A DNA stretch of 48,099 bases from positions 1 through 48,099 of the forward strand of contig CAZJVM010000016.1 in NCBI GenBank assembly GCA_964549305.1, given 5' to 3'. The DNA comes from an uncultured bacterium. Its GTDB lineage: Bacteria > Schekmanbacteria > GWA2-38-11 > J061. The position numbers and the translations under genes were made by a program. The notes beneath the pieces were generated by a model. The model ran no database searches. It saw only the letters and a list, made by a program, of their open reading frames with translations, and was not told the DNA's origin. Each line of letters starts with the position of its first letter. Positions within the stretch are counted from its first letter, which is position 1. Below, one piece after another: positions 11,026 to 20,121 of the stretch.

Positions 11026-12093
11026 TTATGCCTGCTTCTGCGGAAGGATACGGCATATAATACTGTAATTTGACTCCGCTTTTTTTATGTTTTCTTTCCT
11101 TATGCCTTTAAAAACGGAAACTTCCGAAGGAGGAACCAGAAAAAAAATTTCCTCTCCTTTGGTGTATTTTATTTTTGAAATTTTCGAACTCATCGTAGCA
11201 TAAGCGAGTCTTGAGTCAACAAGATGTTTCATTGCCGGATGAAAGGGACCTATTCTTTGAGAATTTGAAGAGATGGGATTTTCCGGAAGTCCGAATCTTA
11301 TGCATGGAATCTTATTATCATAGAGCATCCTGAGAGCTTTTGCCCCTCTCGTGACGACTTCTTCAAGCGTAAGAGGGGAGTATTTGCCATGGAGATACAT
11401 TTTCATTAATTCGGTATCGGGGAGTACTGTCACGGGATAAATCCTCACGGCATCGGCGTTAAGCGCTATTGCGCGGGAGACGCTTTCAATAAAGTCTTCT
11501 TCTTTTTCTCCGGGAAGTCCCATCATAAGTTGAATTCCAAGGCGTAATCCGGAAAAGGAAACGAGTTTTGCCGAAGCGACCGTAGTTTTGGCAGAATGTC
11601 CGCGCTTTGCCTTTTCAAGGACTTTATCGCAAAAGGACTGCGCTCCTATTTCAACTGTTGTCACATTGTAATCTTTGAGGAATGTTATGGTTTTTTCATC
11701 GAGCAAATCGGGTCTTGTGGATATTCGTATTCCGTTTATTACGCCCTTTGAGATCCATTTTTGAGCTTTTTCAAGAAATGATTCCTGAATATTTAAATCA
11801 ATTCCCGTGAAACTTCCTCCGAAAAAAGCTATTTCTCTTATATCATGGTCAAATTCGGGAATTCCTATTTTTGCCTCTATTGATTTAATGTTTTGCGGAT
11901 ATTTTAGAGATGGTTTTGTGTCTCTTTGTTCTGTTCTTTTTTTTTGAGAACTGAGAAACAATTCCATTTGCGAGTCAACAATATCAGCGCCCGGAACTTC
12001 ATCTCTGCAGGTCACTTCCCTCTGATTGCAGAAAACACATATATTCGGACACCCCGCGTGAGGCACAAATACAGGTATTATGAGGGGTTTCAT
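11026..12093 (-). CDS. Radical SAM protein, Elp3-related, without acetyltransferase domain
   Basis: IPVFVPHAGCPNICVFCNQ (CxxxCxxC), FFGGSFT, ISTRPD, QLMMGLPG, GPFHP; 4-bp overlap with rnc. Confidence 0.85.
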   Translation of the reverse strand: MKPLIIPVFVPHAGCPNICVFCNQREVTCRDEVPGADIVDSQMELFLSSQKKRTEQRDTKPSLKYPQNIKSIEAKIGIPEFDHDIREIAFFGGSFTGIDLNIQESFLEKAQKWISKGVINGIRISTRPDLLDEKTITFLKDYNVTTVEIGAQSFCDKVLEKAKRGHSAKTTVASAKLVSFSGLRLGIQLMMGLPGEKEEDFIESVSRAIALNADAVRIYPVTVLPDTELMKMYLHGKYSPLTLEEVVTRGAKALRMLYDNKIPCIRFGLPENPISSNSQRIGPFHPAMKHLVDSRLAYATMSSKISKIKYTKGEEIFFLVPPSEVSVFKGIRKENIKKAESNYSIICRILPQKQA

Positions 12094-12779
12094 TTTTTCT
12101 CGAAATAATTAAGGGCAACTTCCGCTGCTTTCTGTTCCGCTTCTTTTTTGTTTTTCCCCATTCCGCTTCCCAGAGTTTTTCCGCGATGTTTTATTTCGAT
12201 TGTGAAAGTTTTGTTGTGGGGAGGACCTTTTTCGCGAACGATTTTATAAACCGGCGGTTTCTTATATATTTTTTGATACTTTTCCTGAAATATTGATTTA
12301 AAATCCTTTTGGATAATATCTTCGTTTTTTACAAAAGGCAGAAAGATTTTATATTTGATGAATTTTTTTGCGCTTTCCCGACCGGAATCAAAAAAAATAG
12401 CGCCGATTACCGCTTCAAGAGTTGCGGCAAGAACGGAATCCATGTTTCGGTTGTGATTGTATTTCGAGTCGTTTACCTTAACGTATTTATCAAGGTCAAT
12501 CCTTCTGGCAAACAAAGAAAGCGTTTTGTCTGACACCAGGCGGGTTTTAATCTTTGAAATATCTCCGATAGAAAGTTTTTTGTATTTTTTCAGGAGGTAT
12601 TCCCTTGAAGTAAGCTCGAGTACCGCGTCACCGATAAATTCAAGAGTAACGTTTTGTCGGTTATTCTTTTTTGCGACAGTTTTATTTTTGGCGCATGTAG
12701 TGTTGTTCAGGGCTTTTTTTAAGAGGGATTTTTTGGTGAATTCGTAGGAAATCTTTTTTTCAAATTCTGAGTATTGCAT
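12090..12779 (-). CDS. rnc: Ribonuclease III (divergent catalytic domain plus dsRBD)
   Basis: LEFIGDAVL and LEAVIGAIFFDSG motifs; dsRBD with GPPH and KKEAEQKAA. Start moved to ATG 12779 because the ORF-track start at 12812 lies inside a hairpin. Confidence 0.88.
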   Translation of the reverse strand: MQYSEFEKKISYEFTKKSLLKKALNNTTCAKNKTVAKKNNRQNVTLEFIGDAVLELTSREYLLKKYKKLSIGDISKIKTRLVSDKTLSLFARRIDLDKYVKVNDSKYNHNRNMDSVLAATLEAVIGAIFFDSGRESAKKFIKYKIFLPFVKNEDIIQKDFKSIFQEKYQKIYKKPPVYKIVREKGPPHNKTFTIEIKHRGKTLGSGMGKNKKEAEQKAAEVALNYFEKK

Positions 12780-12780
12780 C

Positions 12781-12828
12781 AAAATAAAAAGAAGGGCATG
12801 AAGCGGATACACTCCATACCCATCTTTT
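12781..12828 (-). terminator. Intrinsic terminator-like hairpin after acpP
   Basis: Minus strand GGGTATGGAGTG-TATC-CGCTTCATGCCC (12 bp, 3 G:U) followed by TTCTTTTTATTTT; flanking AAAAGA/TCTTTT extends the stem. Confidence 0.75.
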
Positions 12829-12841
12829 GGTAATTAGTAAA

Positions 12842-13078
12842 TTATTGTGCGCGCCCCGAAATGTAGGTGATCGCATCCTTTACGGTGATGATTTTTTCCG
12901 CGTCTTCGTCCGATATTTCCATATCGAATTCTTCTTCAAGAGCCATTACAAGCTCAACTACATCGAGAGAATCCGCTCCAAGGTCATCGAAAAACGATTT
13001 CTCCGGAGCTATCTTGTCTTCGCTAACCTGAAGATTCTCCGCCACAATTTTTTTAACTCTTTCTTCTATTGTCATCAA
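12842..13078 (-). CDS. acpP: Acyl carrier protein
   Basis: [20 protein letters not shown]. Confidence 0.98.
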   Translation of the reverse strand: MMTIEERVKKIVAENLQVSEDKIAPEKSFFDDLGADSLDVVELVMALEEEFDMEISDEDAEKIITVKDAITYISGRAQ

Positions 13079-13109
13079 CTCATAACCTCCTATCTTTATT
13101 TTATGTTGA

Positions 13110-13850
13110 TTACATATACATTCCGCCGTTTACATTGAAAACCTGTCCCGTAATATATGATGCTTTTTCCGATGCGAGAAAACTTATTATACCTGCAATG
13201 TCAGAAGGACTTCCGAATCTTTTAAGGGGAATAGTGCTGAGCATCTCCTCTTTTACCTTTTCAGGAAGAGACCTTGTCATTTCGGTATCTATGAATCCGG
13301 GCGCTATTGCGTTAACGGTGATTTTTCTCGATGCAAGTTCTTTTGCCACGCTTTTTGTGAGGCCTATGATTCCCGCTTTTGAAGCCACATAATTTGCCTG
13401 TCCCGCATTTCCCATAACACCGACGACAGATGCGATATTTACTATTGTGCCGGAGCGCGCTTTCATCATCGGTCTTGCCGCAGCCCGTATACAGTTGAAT
13501 GTGCCTTTAAGGTTAATATTCAAAACCTTGTCCCATTCATCATCGCTCATTCTGATGAGCAGGTTGTCTCTCGTTATACCCGCATTGTTTACGAGAATGT
13601 CGATTTTCCCCAATTCGCTTACGGTTTTGCTGACCGCTTCTGCAACATTGCCCGATGCCGTAACATCGCAGGCGCATACAAGGCATTTGCTTCCCTTCTC
13701 CTTTACTGCTGACTCCGTTTCCGAAAGAAGGTCTTCCATAATATCGATTGCCGCAATATCGCATCCTTCCGCGGCGAGCTCTTCAGCTATACTTTTGCCT
13801 ATTCCTCTTGCCGCGCCTGTTATAAAAGCTGTTTTTCCTTTTAAAGACAT
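13110..13850 (-). CDS. fabG: 3-oxoacyl-ACP reductase
   Basis: [30 protein letters not shown]; start taken at ATG 13850 (ORF track gives 13856). Confidence 0.96.
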   Translation of the reverse strand: MSLKGKTAFITGAARGIGKSIAEELAAEGCDIAAIDIMEDLLSETESAVKEKGSKCLVCACDVTASGNVAEAVSKTVSELGKIDILVNNAGITRDNLLIRMSDDEWDKVLNINLKGTFNCIRAAARPMMKARSGTIVNIASVVGVMGNAGQANYVASKAGIIGLTKSVAKELASRKITVNAIAPGFIDTEMTRSLPEKVKEEMLSTIPLKRFGSPSDIAGIISFLASEKASYITGQVFNVNGGMYM

Positions 13851-13887
13851 AATCAAACCTCAAATAAAAATAAAATATTTCCTCTTT

Positions 13888-14817
13888 TTAAAGAGAGGAG
13901 AGCGTTTTTTCAAGACTTTTTTTATCTTCTATATTGAATATTCTTACATCAGAAAGTATCTGTTTGACAAGTCCCGATAAAACTTTTCCGGGGCCTATTT
14001 CAATAAAGGTATTTATTCCATTTCTCTTCATTTCCTCTACTGACTGTTGCCATAAAACAGAGCGGGAAACCTGAAGTTTGAGTTTATTCTTCGCATCCTC
14101 TGCGGTTACGGTTTCTTTTGCGTCCACATTTGCGACAACTGGAAACGTAGAGGGGGCAAACGCTGTGTCATCGAGGAGTGGAATCAGCTTTTCTTCCGCG
14201 GGTTTCATCATTTCACAGTGGAAAGGCGCGCTTACGGGAAGCATTACCGCTTTTCTTGCCCCTGACTCCTTCAAAAAGTCGACTGCTTTTTCCACATCTT
14301 CCTTTTTTCCGGAAATAACAGTTTGCCTGGGGGAGTTGTAATTTGCCACGGAAACAATCAATCCTGAAAGTGAATCTATACATTCTTCGATTTTTTTCTT
14401 TTCCATCCCGAGAATAGCCGCCATTGCGCCTTCTCCTGCCGGCACTGCTTTCTGCATTAGTTTTCCTCTTGTGCTTACAAGCCGGACGGCATCCTTGAAA
14501 TCAAGGGCGCCTGCGGCAACGAGCGCCGAATATTCGCCGAGACTGTGACCGGCGGCAACCTGAGGATGAAGACCTTTTTCCGATGCCACCCTGTATGCGG
14601 CTATGCTTACGGTGAGTATGGAAGGCTGTGTAATTTCCGTCTGTTTCAGATTTTCTTCGGGCCCTTCAAAGCATAGAGTTGAAAGGGCGAAACCGAGAGC
14701 TTCGTCCGCCTCTTCGAAAACCTTCTTGGCGCAGTCGAAGTTTTCGAAAAAATCTTTTCCCATCCCCACATACTGCGATGCCTGCCCGGGGAAAATAAAA
14801 GCCGTTTTACCGCTCAT
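13888..14817 (-). CDS. fabD: Malonyl-CoA:ACP transacylase
   Basis: FPGQASQ, GHSLGEY, VSAPFHC, EIGPGKVL. Confidence 0.97.
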   Translation of the reverse strand: MSGKTAFIFPGQASQYVGMGKDFFENFDCAKKVFEEADEALGFALSTLCFEGPEENLKQTEITQPSILTVSIAAYRVASEKGLHPQVAAGHSLGEYSALVAAGALDFKDAVRLVSTRGKLMQKAVPAGEGAMAAILGMEKKKIEECIDSLSGLIVSVANYNSPRQTVISGKKEDVEKAVDFLKESGARKAVMLPVSAPFHCEMMKPAEEKLIPLLDDTAFAPSTFPVVANVDAKETVTAEDAKNKLKLQVSRSVLWQQSVEEMKRNGINTFIEIGPGKVLSGLVKQILSDVRIFNIEDKKSLEKTLSSL

Positions 14818-14952
14818 TTTTATAAAAATCTCCGGAATAATCAGATTTATCTGAAATTTATCAATAGTTCTCTGTAATTTGAACTACAGAAGAAGATTGA
14901 AACAATCGGGATTATAATATCCGCTGTTATCGCTCATCAACAAAAAGACGTA

Positions 14953-14980
14953 TCTATAGCAGCAGAATACGATTTGTCAA
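14953..14980 (-). promoter_or_regulatory. Putative sigma70 promoter for fabD operon
   Basis: Minus strand TTGACA-16 nt-TATAGA with TG upstream of the -10. Confidence 0.45.
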
Positions 14981-15074
14981 ATAAATAATATTTGTCCGCC
15001 ACAGAGGGTTTTAAGTTTAGAAAGATTCTGGAGTGGAAAAAAAGAAGCTGAAATCTTTTGTGGATATGGATTAA

Positions 15075-16034
15075 TCAGGCGGCGTTAAACTGAGAATAAT
15101 CATCCTGTTTCAGGATATAAGGGAATGCTTTTTCAAAGAATTTCACTATTTCAGGGTCAAAATGAGTTCCTGCCCCCTTTATGATTTCGTTTTTCCCTTC
15201 AATGGGGGAAAGCGCTTTTCTGTAAGGTCTGTCTGTTGTGAGTGCGTCATAAACGTCTGCCACGGCTATGATTCTTGCTCCGAGAGGAATGGAATTCCCG
15301 CTCTCTTCATTATAGCCTTTCCCGTCATACCTTTCGTGATGATTAACTATAAGAGGAAGTATATTCAATATTCTGCCTCCTACGGGTTCTAAAAGCCCTT
15401 GTGCCTTTGCCGTGTGAGAGTTCATTTCCTTCCTTTCGCCCTCACTGAGAGCGCCCATCTTGTTGAGGATTTTCTCGCTTACTCCGATTTTTCCTATATC
15501 GTGAAGAAGAGCGGCAGTCCTGATATCGTCTATTTCGCTTTCATTGAGTCCCGCTTCTTTTGCTATTATTGCCGAATATCTGGAAACGCGGTAAGCGTGG
15601 TTCTGTGTGTATTTATCCACGGAATCTATGACTATGGAAAGCATCGTAATGATTCCGTGATATGTACTGTTCAGTTCATTTGTATATTTTTCCTTTTTCT
15701 CGTAAAGGTATCCCATTGAATATCCTGTTAAAATCAGAAAACTTCCCCAAATAGAAATGTCGAGCCATTTATTAAGGGAATTATTTCCCTTATCAAGAAA
15801 TGAATCGGGGATGAAGTATGCCATTAAAATTATCATAAGTACTGACAGGAATGCCGAAGTTGTGCCGTGTTTTTTGCCGAAGAAAAAAGCACCGAGAAGA
15901 ACGGGAAGATAAAAGAAATTTAGAAATGCTCTCTGATTGCTGACAAAGTAATAAATTATTCCAACAATTAAAACAAGAAGGAATGTAATTAACAATTCTT
16001 TGTCAATATTAAGGCTTAGTTTTCTTTTTTCCAT
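15075..16034 (-). CDS. Membrane-anchored HD-GYP domain protein (putative cyclic dinucleotide phosphodiesterase)
   Basis: About 4 N-terminal TM helices; HDIGK, HHERYDGKGY, ARIIAVADVYDALTTDRPYR, HFDP. Confidence 0.9.
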   Translation of the reverse strand: MEKRKLSLNIDKELLITFLLVLIVGIIYYFVSNQRAFLNFFYLPVLLGAFFFGKKHGTTSAFLSVLMIILMAYFIPDSFLDKGNNSLNKWLDISIWGSFLILTGYSMGYLYEKKEKYTNELNSTYHGIITMLSIVIDSVDKYTQNHAYRVSRYSAIIAKEAGLNESEIDDIRTAALLHDIGKIGVSEKILNKMGALSEGERKEMNSHTAKAQGLLEPVGGRILNILPLIVNHHERYDGKGYNEESGNSIPLGARIIAVADVYDALTTDRPYRKALSPIEGKNEIIKGAGTHFDPEIVKFFEKAFPYILKQDDYSQFNAA

Positions 16035-16039
16035 TTTTA

Positions 16040-17971
16040 TTAAGCACAGTTTAAAGATTGAAAATCACATTTGCAATATGGACAGAATTTCCAATTTTCT
16101 TCTTTTGGTCTTCCACAGGAAGAACAAATGTCCGATAACGTTTCTCCACAGAAAGGACAATTTATAAAATCTGACCTGATTGATGAACTGCAATTCGGAC
16201 ATATTACGGTTTTGTTTTTCTCTTCCTCTTCGAAAATCAGTATTCTGTTCAATTCTTCAAGAGTGGTAAGTCCTCTCTTAACTTTTTCAAATCCGTCATG
16301 GACTAAATATTTCATTCCCGATTTGAGAGATTCCTTTAAAAGTATATCCTCTGACGCGTCATTGTTGATAAGTTCGCGCATTTTTGCCGTAATGGGAAGA
16401 ATTTCAAAAATGCCTATTCTGCCCTTGTATCCCGTATGGCCGCATTTATCGCATCCGGCGCCTTTGTAAAAATCAATATTTTTAACTTCGTTTCCCTTTA
16501 TCCCAATCTTTACGAATTCATCTTCCGTAGGTTCATATTTCGTTTTGCAGTTGGGACAGATTAATCTCATAAGGCGTTGTGATATAACACCGTTTAGAGC
16601 AGATGAAACAAGGTAAGTGGGAACGCCCATATTTTTTAGCCTGTTTATCGTTGCTACAGCGGAATTTGTATGTATTGAACTAAATACGAGATGTCCCGTA
16701 ACAGAAGCCTGAGTGGCAATGCATCCTGTTTCACCATCACGGATTTCTCCAACCATTATTGCATCCGGATCCTGCCTTAGTATTGACCGCAAGCTGAAAG
16801 AAAATGTAAGACCGACTTTTTCATTTACATTTACCTGACTTAATCCTGGGATTTCGTACTCTATAGGGTCTTCAAGAGTAACTATATGTATAGTGTTTGA
16901 TTTGATTCTGTTAAGCATTGCATATAGTGTAGAACTTTTTCCGCTTCCCGTGGGTCCTGTTACAAGAATAAATCCCTGCGGCCGGTCAATCATTGAAATA
17001 ACTTTTTTTAGCTGGACATCGGAAAACCCCATATTTTCCAATTGGAATGAATCTGCCCTTGCGTCAAGGATTCTTATTACAATATTTTCGCCATACTGGG
17101 TTGGCAGAGAGGAAACGCGAAGGTCGAGTTCTTTATTCTTAATACGAATTTTTAACCTGCCGTCCTGAGGAATTCTTTTTTCGGAGATGTCCATTTTTGC
17201 CATAATCTTAATGCGGGATGTGACAAGGCATTGTACCCATTTGGGAAGAGACATCTCATCTTTCAGTAATCCGTCAATTCTCATCCTGAGTTTGACTGAT
17301 TTTTGCTGCGGTTCTATATGAATATCACTTGCACGTTTTTGAATCGAATTGATTATAATACCGTTAACCATTGTTATTACCGGCGCTGTTTCACTCCTTT
17401 TAATAAGATCAGATACGTCAACTTCATTTTCTCCTTCGAAGACAACTTCCACCGGTGACTGGATTGACAGGCTTGTGACAAGGTCTTGAAGGGGAATATG
17501 AATATGGTAATTATGGGCTATGGCTTCCTTTATTTTGTCCGGTGTTGAAATGCAGGGCTGAACGTGCTTCCCTGAAGCGAATCTAAGCTCGTCAATTGCG
17601 GCAAGGTCAAGTGGATCGGCAAGAACTGCCTTGATAATATTTTTGTCTAAACTAAGGGGAATCAGCGTATGTTTCCTGCAAAGTTTTTCAGAAATTGTCT
17701 GGATTGCTTCTGGTTCTATTGCCACTGTCGAAAAATCTATGAATTGTATTCCGAGCTGAAGTGAAAGTACCTTTGCAATTTCCATATGGGAGACAAAACA
17801 CATTTCAACGAGGACTTCCCCAAGTTTCTTTTTAGTTTTCTTCTGATTGATGAGTGCGTCGTTTAACTGTTTCTTAGTAACAAGTCCGGAATCACAGAGG
17901 AGTTCTCCCATTTTTTTTATTTCCTGCTTAATGCTCTTTCTTTTGATACTATGAATTTTTTTTGTAGTCAT
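16040..17971 (-). CDS. PilB/GspE-family assembly ATPase with MshEN-like N-terminus and C-terminal double zinc ribbon
   Basis: ASDIHIEP, PQDGR, Walker A GPTGSGKS, LEDPIEY, LRQDPD..MVGEIRD, TGHLV..HTN, CPNC..CDKC, plus four extra C-terminal CxxC. Confidence 0.9.
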   Translation of the reverse strand: MTTKKIHSIKRKSIKQEIKKMGELLCDSGLVTKKQLNDALINQKKTKKKLGEVLVEMCFVSHMEIAKVLSLQLGIQFIDFSTVAIEPEAIQTISEKLCRKHTLIPLSLDKNIIKAVLADPLDLAAIDELRFASGKHVQPCISTPDKIKEAIAHNYHIHIPLQDLVTSLSIQSPVEVVFEGENEVDVSDLIKRSETAPVITMVNGIIINSIQKRASDIHIEPQQKSVKLRMRIDGLLKDEMSLPKWVQCLVTSRIKIMAKMDISEKRIPQDGRLKIRIKNKELDLRVSSLPTQYGENIVIRILDARADSFQLENMGFSDVQLKKVISMIDRPQGFILVTGPTGSGKSSTLYAMLNRIKSNTIHIVTLEDPIEYEIPGLSQVNVNEKVGLTFSFSLRSILRQDPDAIMVGEIRDGETGCIATQASVTGHLVFSSIHTNSAVATINRLKNMGVPTYLVSSALNGVISQRLMRLICPNCKTKYEPTEDEFVKIGIKGNEVKNIDFYKGAGCDKCGHTGYKGRIGIFEILPITAKMRELINNDASEDILLKESLKSGMKYLVHDGFEKVKRGLTTLEELNRILIFEEEEKNKTVICPNCSSSIRSDFINCPFCGETLSDICSSCGRPKEENWKFCPYCKCDFQSLNCA

Positions 17972-18127
17972 AATTAAAAACCAGGTTCGTTTCTTTTATT
18001 TGCTTAAACCTAATCGGAAAATACAAAAATAAATTAATTAAAACTAAAATATTATTGTATTTAATATTTTATTTGCGACTGCTCATGCAAAAAAAATAAT
18101 TGTGAAGAAAACAATGACGAAACTTCT

Positions 18128-18511
18128 TTGGGCATAAATTTTATACATACAGGGAGGTTGCATGGGAAATCCATAGTTATTAATAAAATTCCATTTTTGT
18201 CTTATTTTGGGAAAAGAGGAAAAATCATCATTCTATTTCTTCTAATAGTCACGCTAATCACTTTAGTGGGAATGACATTCAATGCGTATAAAGACAATGA
18301 GAGAATTGTTTATATTAAAGATATAGTGTTAGTGCTTCTTCTTGTGTCTGCACTGGCTTTCATTCAGTTCTATTTTTTCCAGAATATAATGAAACCTATC
18401 AAAAATTTTCATGGTAAACTTAAAAAATTGAGTTTCTCTGAAAACAGAAACACACCGGACAAAGAGAGTGCAAGTGCGGAAGAAATTGATGTTTTAGTAG
18501 ACCGGAAATGA
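18128..18511 (+). CDS. Hypothetical 2-TM membrane protein, possibly a truncated HAMP-type sensor fragment
   Basis: Two hydrophobic helices followed by MKPIKNF...EEIDVL; start codon uncertain. Confidence 0.4.
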   Translation: MGINFIHTGRLHGKSIVINKIPFLSYFGKRGKIIILFLLIVTLITLVGMTFNAYKDNERIVYIKDIVLVLLLVSALAFIQFYFFQNIMKPIKNFHGKLKKLSFSENRNTPDKESASAEEIDVLVDRK

Positions 18512-18654
18512 TGAAAGCTGACGTTGAAAAAGAAAAAGTTTTTCAGCAACCTTCCTTACTTGATGATGAGTTAAAGAAACTTGAGAAAGATACGGTCATT
18601 AAATCTCAAGCGGATTATGTTAAATAGATTCTTTTTAAACTGCCTTATTTTTCC

Positions 18655-18682
18655 TTGAAATATTTCCTTTCTCTTCTATAAT
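18655..18682 (+). promoter_or_regulatory. Putative sigma70 promoter for NtrC-family gene
   Basis: TTGAAA-16 nt-TATAAT. Confidence 0.5.
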
Positions 18683-18738
18683 GCAGGCGAAGTAAATATA
18701 AACCTGAAACTATCCGGAAGCTTGCAAAGTTAAAAACA

Positions 18739-20121
18739 TTGAAGACTATGCCCTCTGAAAATATCCTTCTTGTGGAAGATGACGACAACTGCAGAATTTC
18801 CCTTGCCGCAATTTTGGAAGAAGAGGGATATAATATAACAACAGCGGAAAATGGGCGCACTGCGATAAAACTGCTGAAAGAACAGAAATTTTCCCTTCTC
18901 CTTACAGACCTGAAAATACCCGATATTGACGGGCTTGGTGTTATGAAAAAAGCAAAAACCCTTGATTCTGACATCATTGTCATTTTCCTTACGGCATTTG
19001 CATCTGTGGAATCTGCCATTGAAGCTATGAAGGCAGGCGCCTATGACTATCTTTCAAAACCTCTGAATATCGATGAAGTGCGGCTTGTAATCAAAAAAGC
19101 TCTAAGGGAAAAAAGGCTTGTCAATGAAAACAGAGAACTTAAAAAACAGCTTCAGGGAAAGAAGAAGTTTGCCGAGCTCGTGGGCACATCGGGAAAAATG
19201 CAGACAGTTTACGGAATGATAGAGAAAGTTGCCGAAACTGACAGCACGGTGCTTATAAGAGGGGAAAGCGGTACTGGAAAGGAGCTCGTTGCAAGGGCGA
19301 TTCACTTTAACAGCGACAGGAGAAGTTATCCTTTTATCACCGTAAACTGCGGAGCGATTCCGAGAGACCTTCTTGAGAGCGAGTTTTTCGGTCATACGAG
19401 AGGCTCGTTTACGGGAGCATCTTCAGACAGAAAAGGAAAATTCGAACTTGCCCATCGAGGCACCATATTTCTCGATGAAATAGGTAATATGGATCCTGAG
19501 CTTCAGGTTAAAATATTGAGGGTTCTTCAGCAGAAGGAAATAGAAAAAATCGGTGATAGCAGGAAAATAAATATTGATGTGAGGGTTATCTCCGCCACAA
19601 ATGCCGACCTCGAAGAAAGGGTCAAAGGAAATCTTTTCAGGGAAGACCTTTATTATCGACTGAATGTGATTTCCATATTTTTGCCTCCTCTTCGCGAAAG
19701 GAAGGAAGACATTCCTCTTCTCGTGAATTTTTTTCTAAACCGTATTTGCAGAGAGATGGGGAAGGACGAAAAAAAGATTACAAAGGACGCTCTGGACATT
19801 TTTTCCTCTTATGACTGGACAGGAAATGTAAGAGAGCTTGAAAATGCCATTGAAAGAGCGGTAGCCCTTTCGGACGGCAAGCTCATTACACCGAAACATC
19901 TTCCGCCAAGGTTGTTGGAAGTGGATTTAAATAAAAAAGACATTCCCCTTGATTTACCCGATGAAGGAGTAGATTTGAATCAGCTTTTAAGGGATGTGGA
20001 GGAAAATCTCATAAGACAGGCACTGGAAAAAACAGACGGTGTAAGAAGCAAGGCGGCAAATCTCTTAAAGCTTAACAGGACTACTCTCATAGAGAAGATG
20101 AAAAAAGAGGGTATCAGATAA
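18739..20121 (+). CDS. Sigma54-dependent response regulator (NtrC/AtoC family)
   Basis: REC domain (VEDD, D-L-K-I-P), GESGTGKE, ESEFFGH..GSFTGA, FLDEIG, GNVRELEN, C-terminal Fis HTH; alternative ATG start 18748. Confidence 0.95.
   Translation: MKTMPSENILLVEDDDNCRISLAAILEEEGYNITTAENGRTAIKLLKEQKFSLLLTDLKIPDIDGLGVMKKAKTLDSDIIVIFLTAFASVESAIEAMKAGAYDYLSKPLNIDEVRLVIKKALREKRLVNENRELKKQLQGKKKFAELVGTSGKMQTVYGMIEKVAETDSTVLIRGESGTGKELVARAIHFNSDRRSYPFITVNCGAIPRDLLESEFFGHTRGSFTGASSDRKGKFELAHRGTIFLDEIGNMDPELQVKILRVLQQKEIEKIGDSRKINIDVRVISATNADLEERVKGNLFREDLYYRLNVISIFLPPLRERKEDIPLLVNFFLNRICREMGKDEKKITKDALDIFSSYDWTGNVRELENAIERAVALSDGKLITPKHLPPRLLEVDLNKKDIPLDLPDEGVDLNQLLRDVEENLIRQALEKTDGVRSKAANLLKLNRTTLIEKMKKEGIR

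Noticed and set aside
13878..13900. CCTCT/AGAGG inverted repeat over the fabD stop
   Set aside because: Short stem inside an operon with no immediate U-tract
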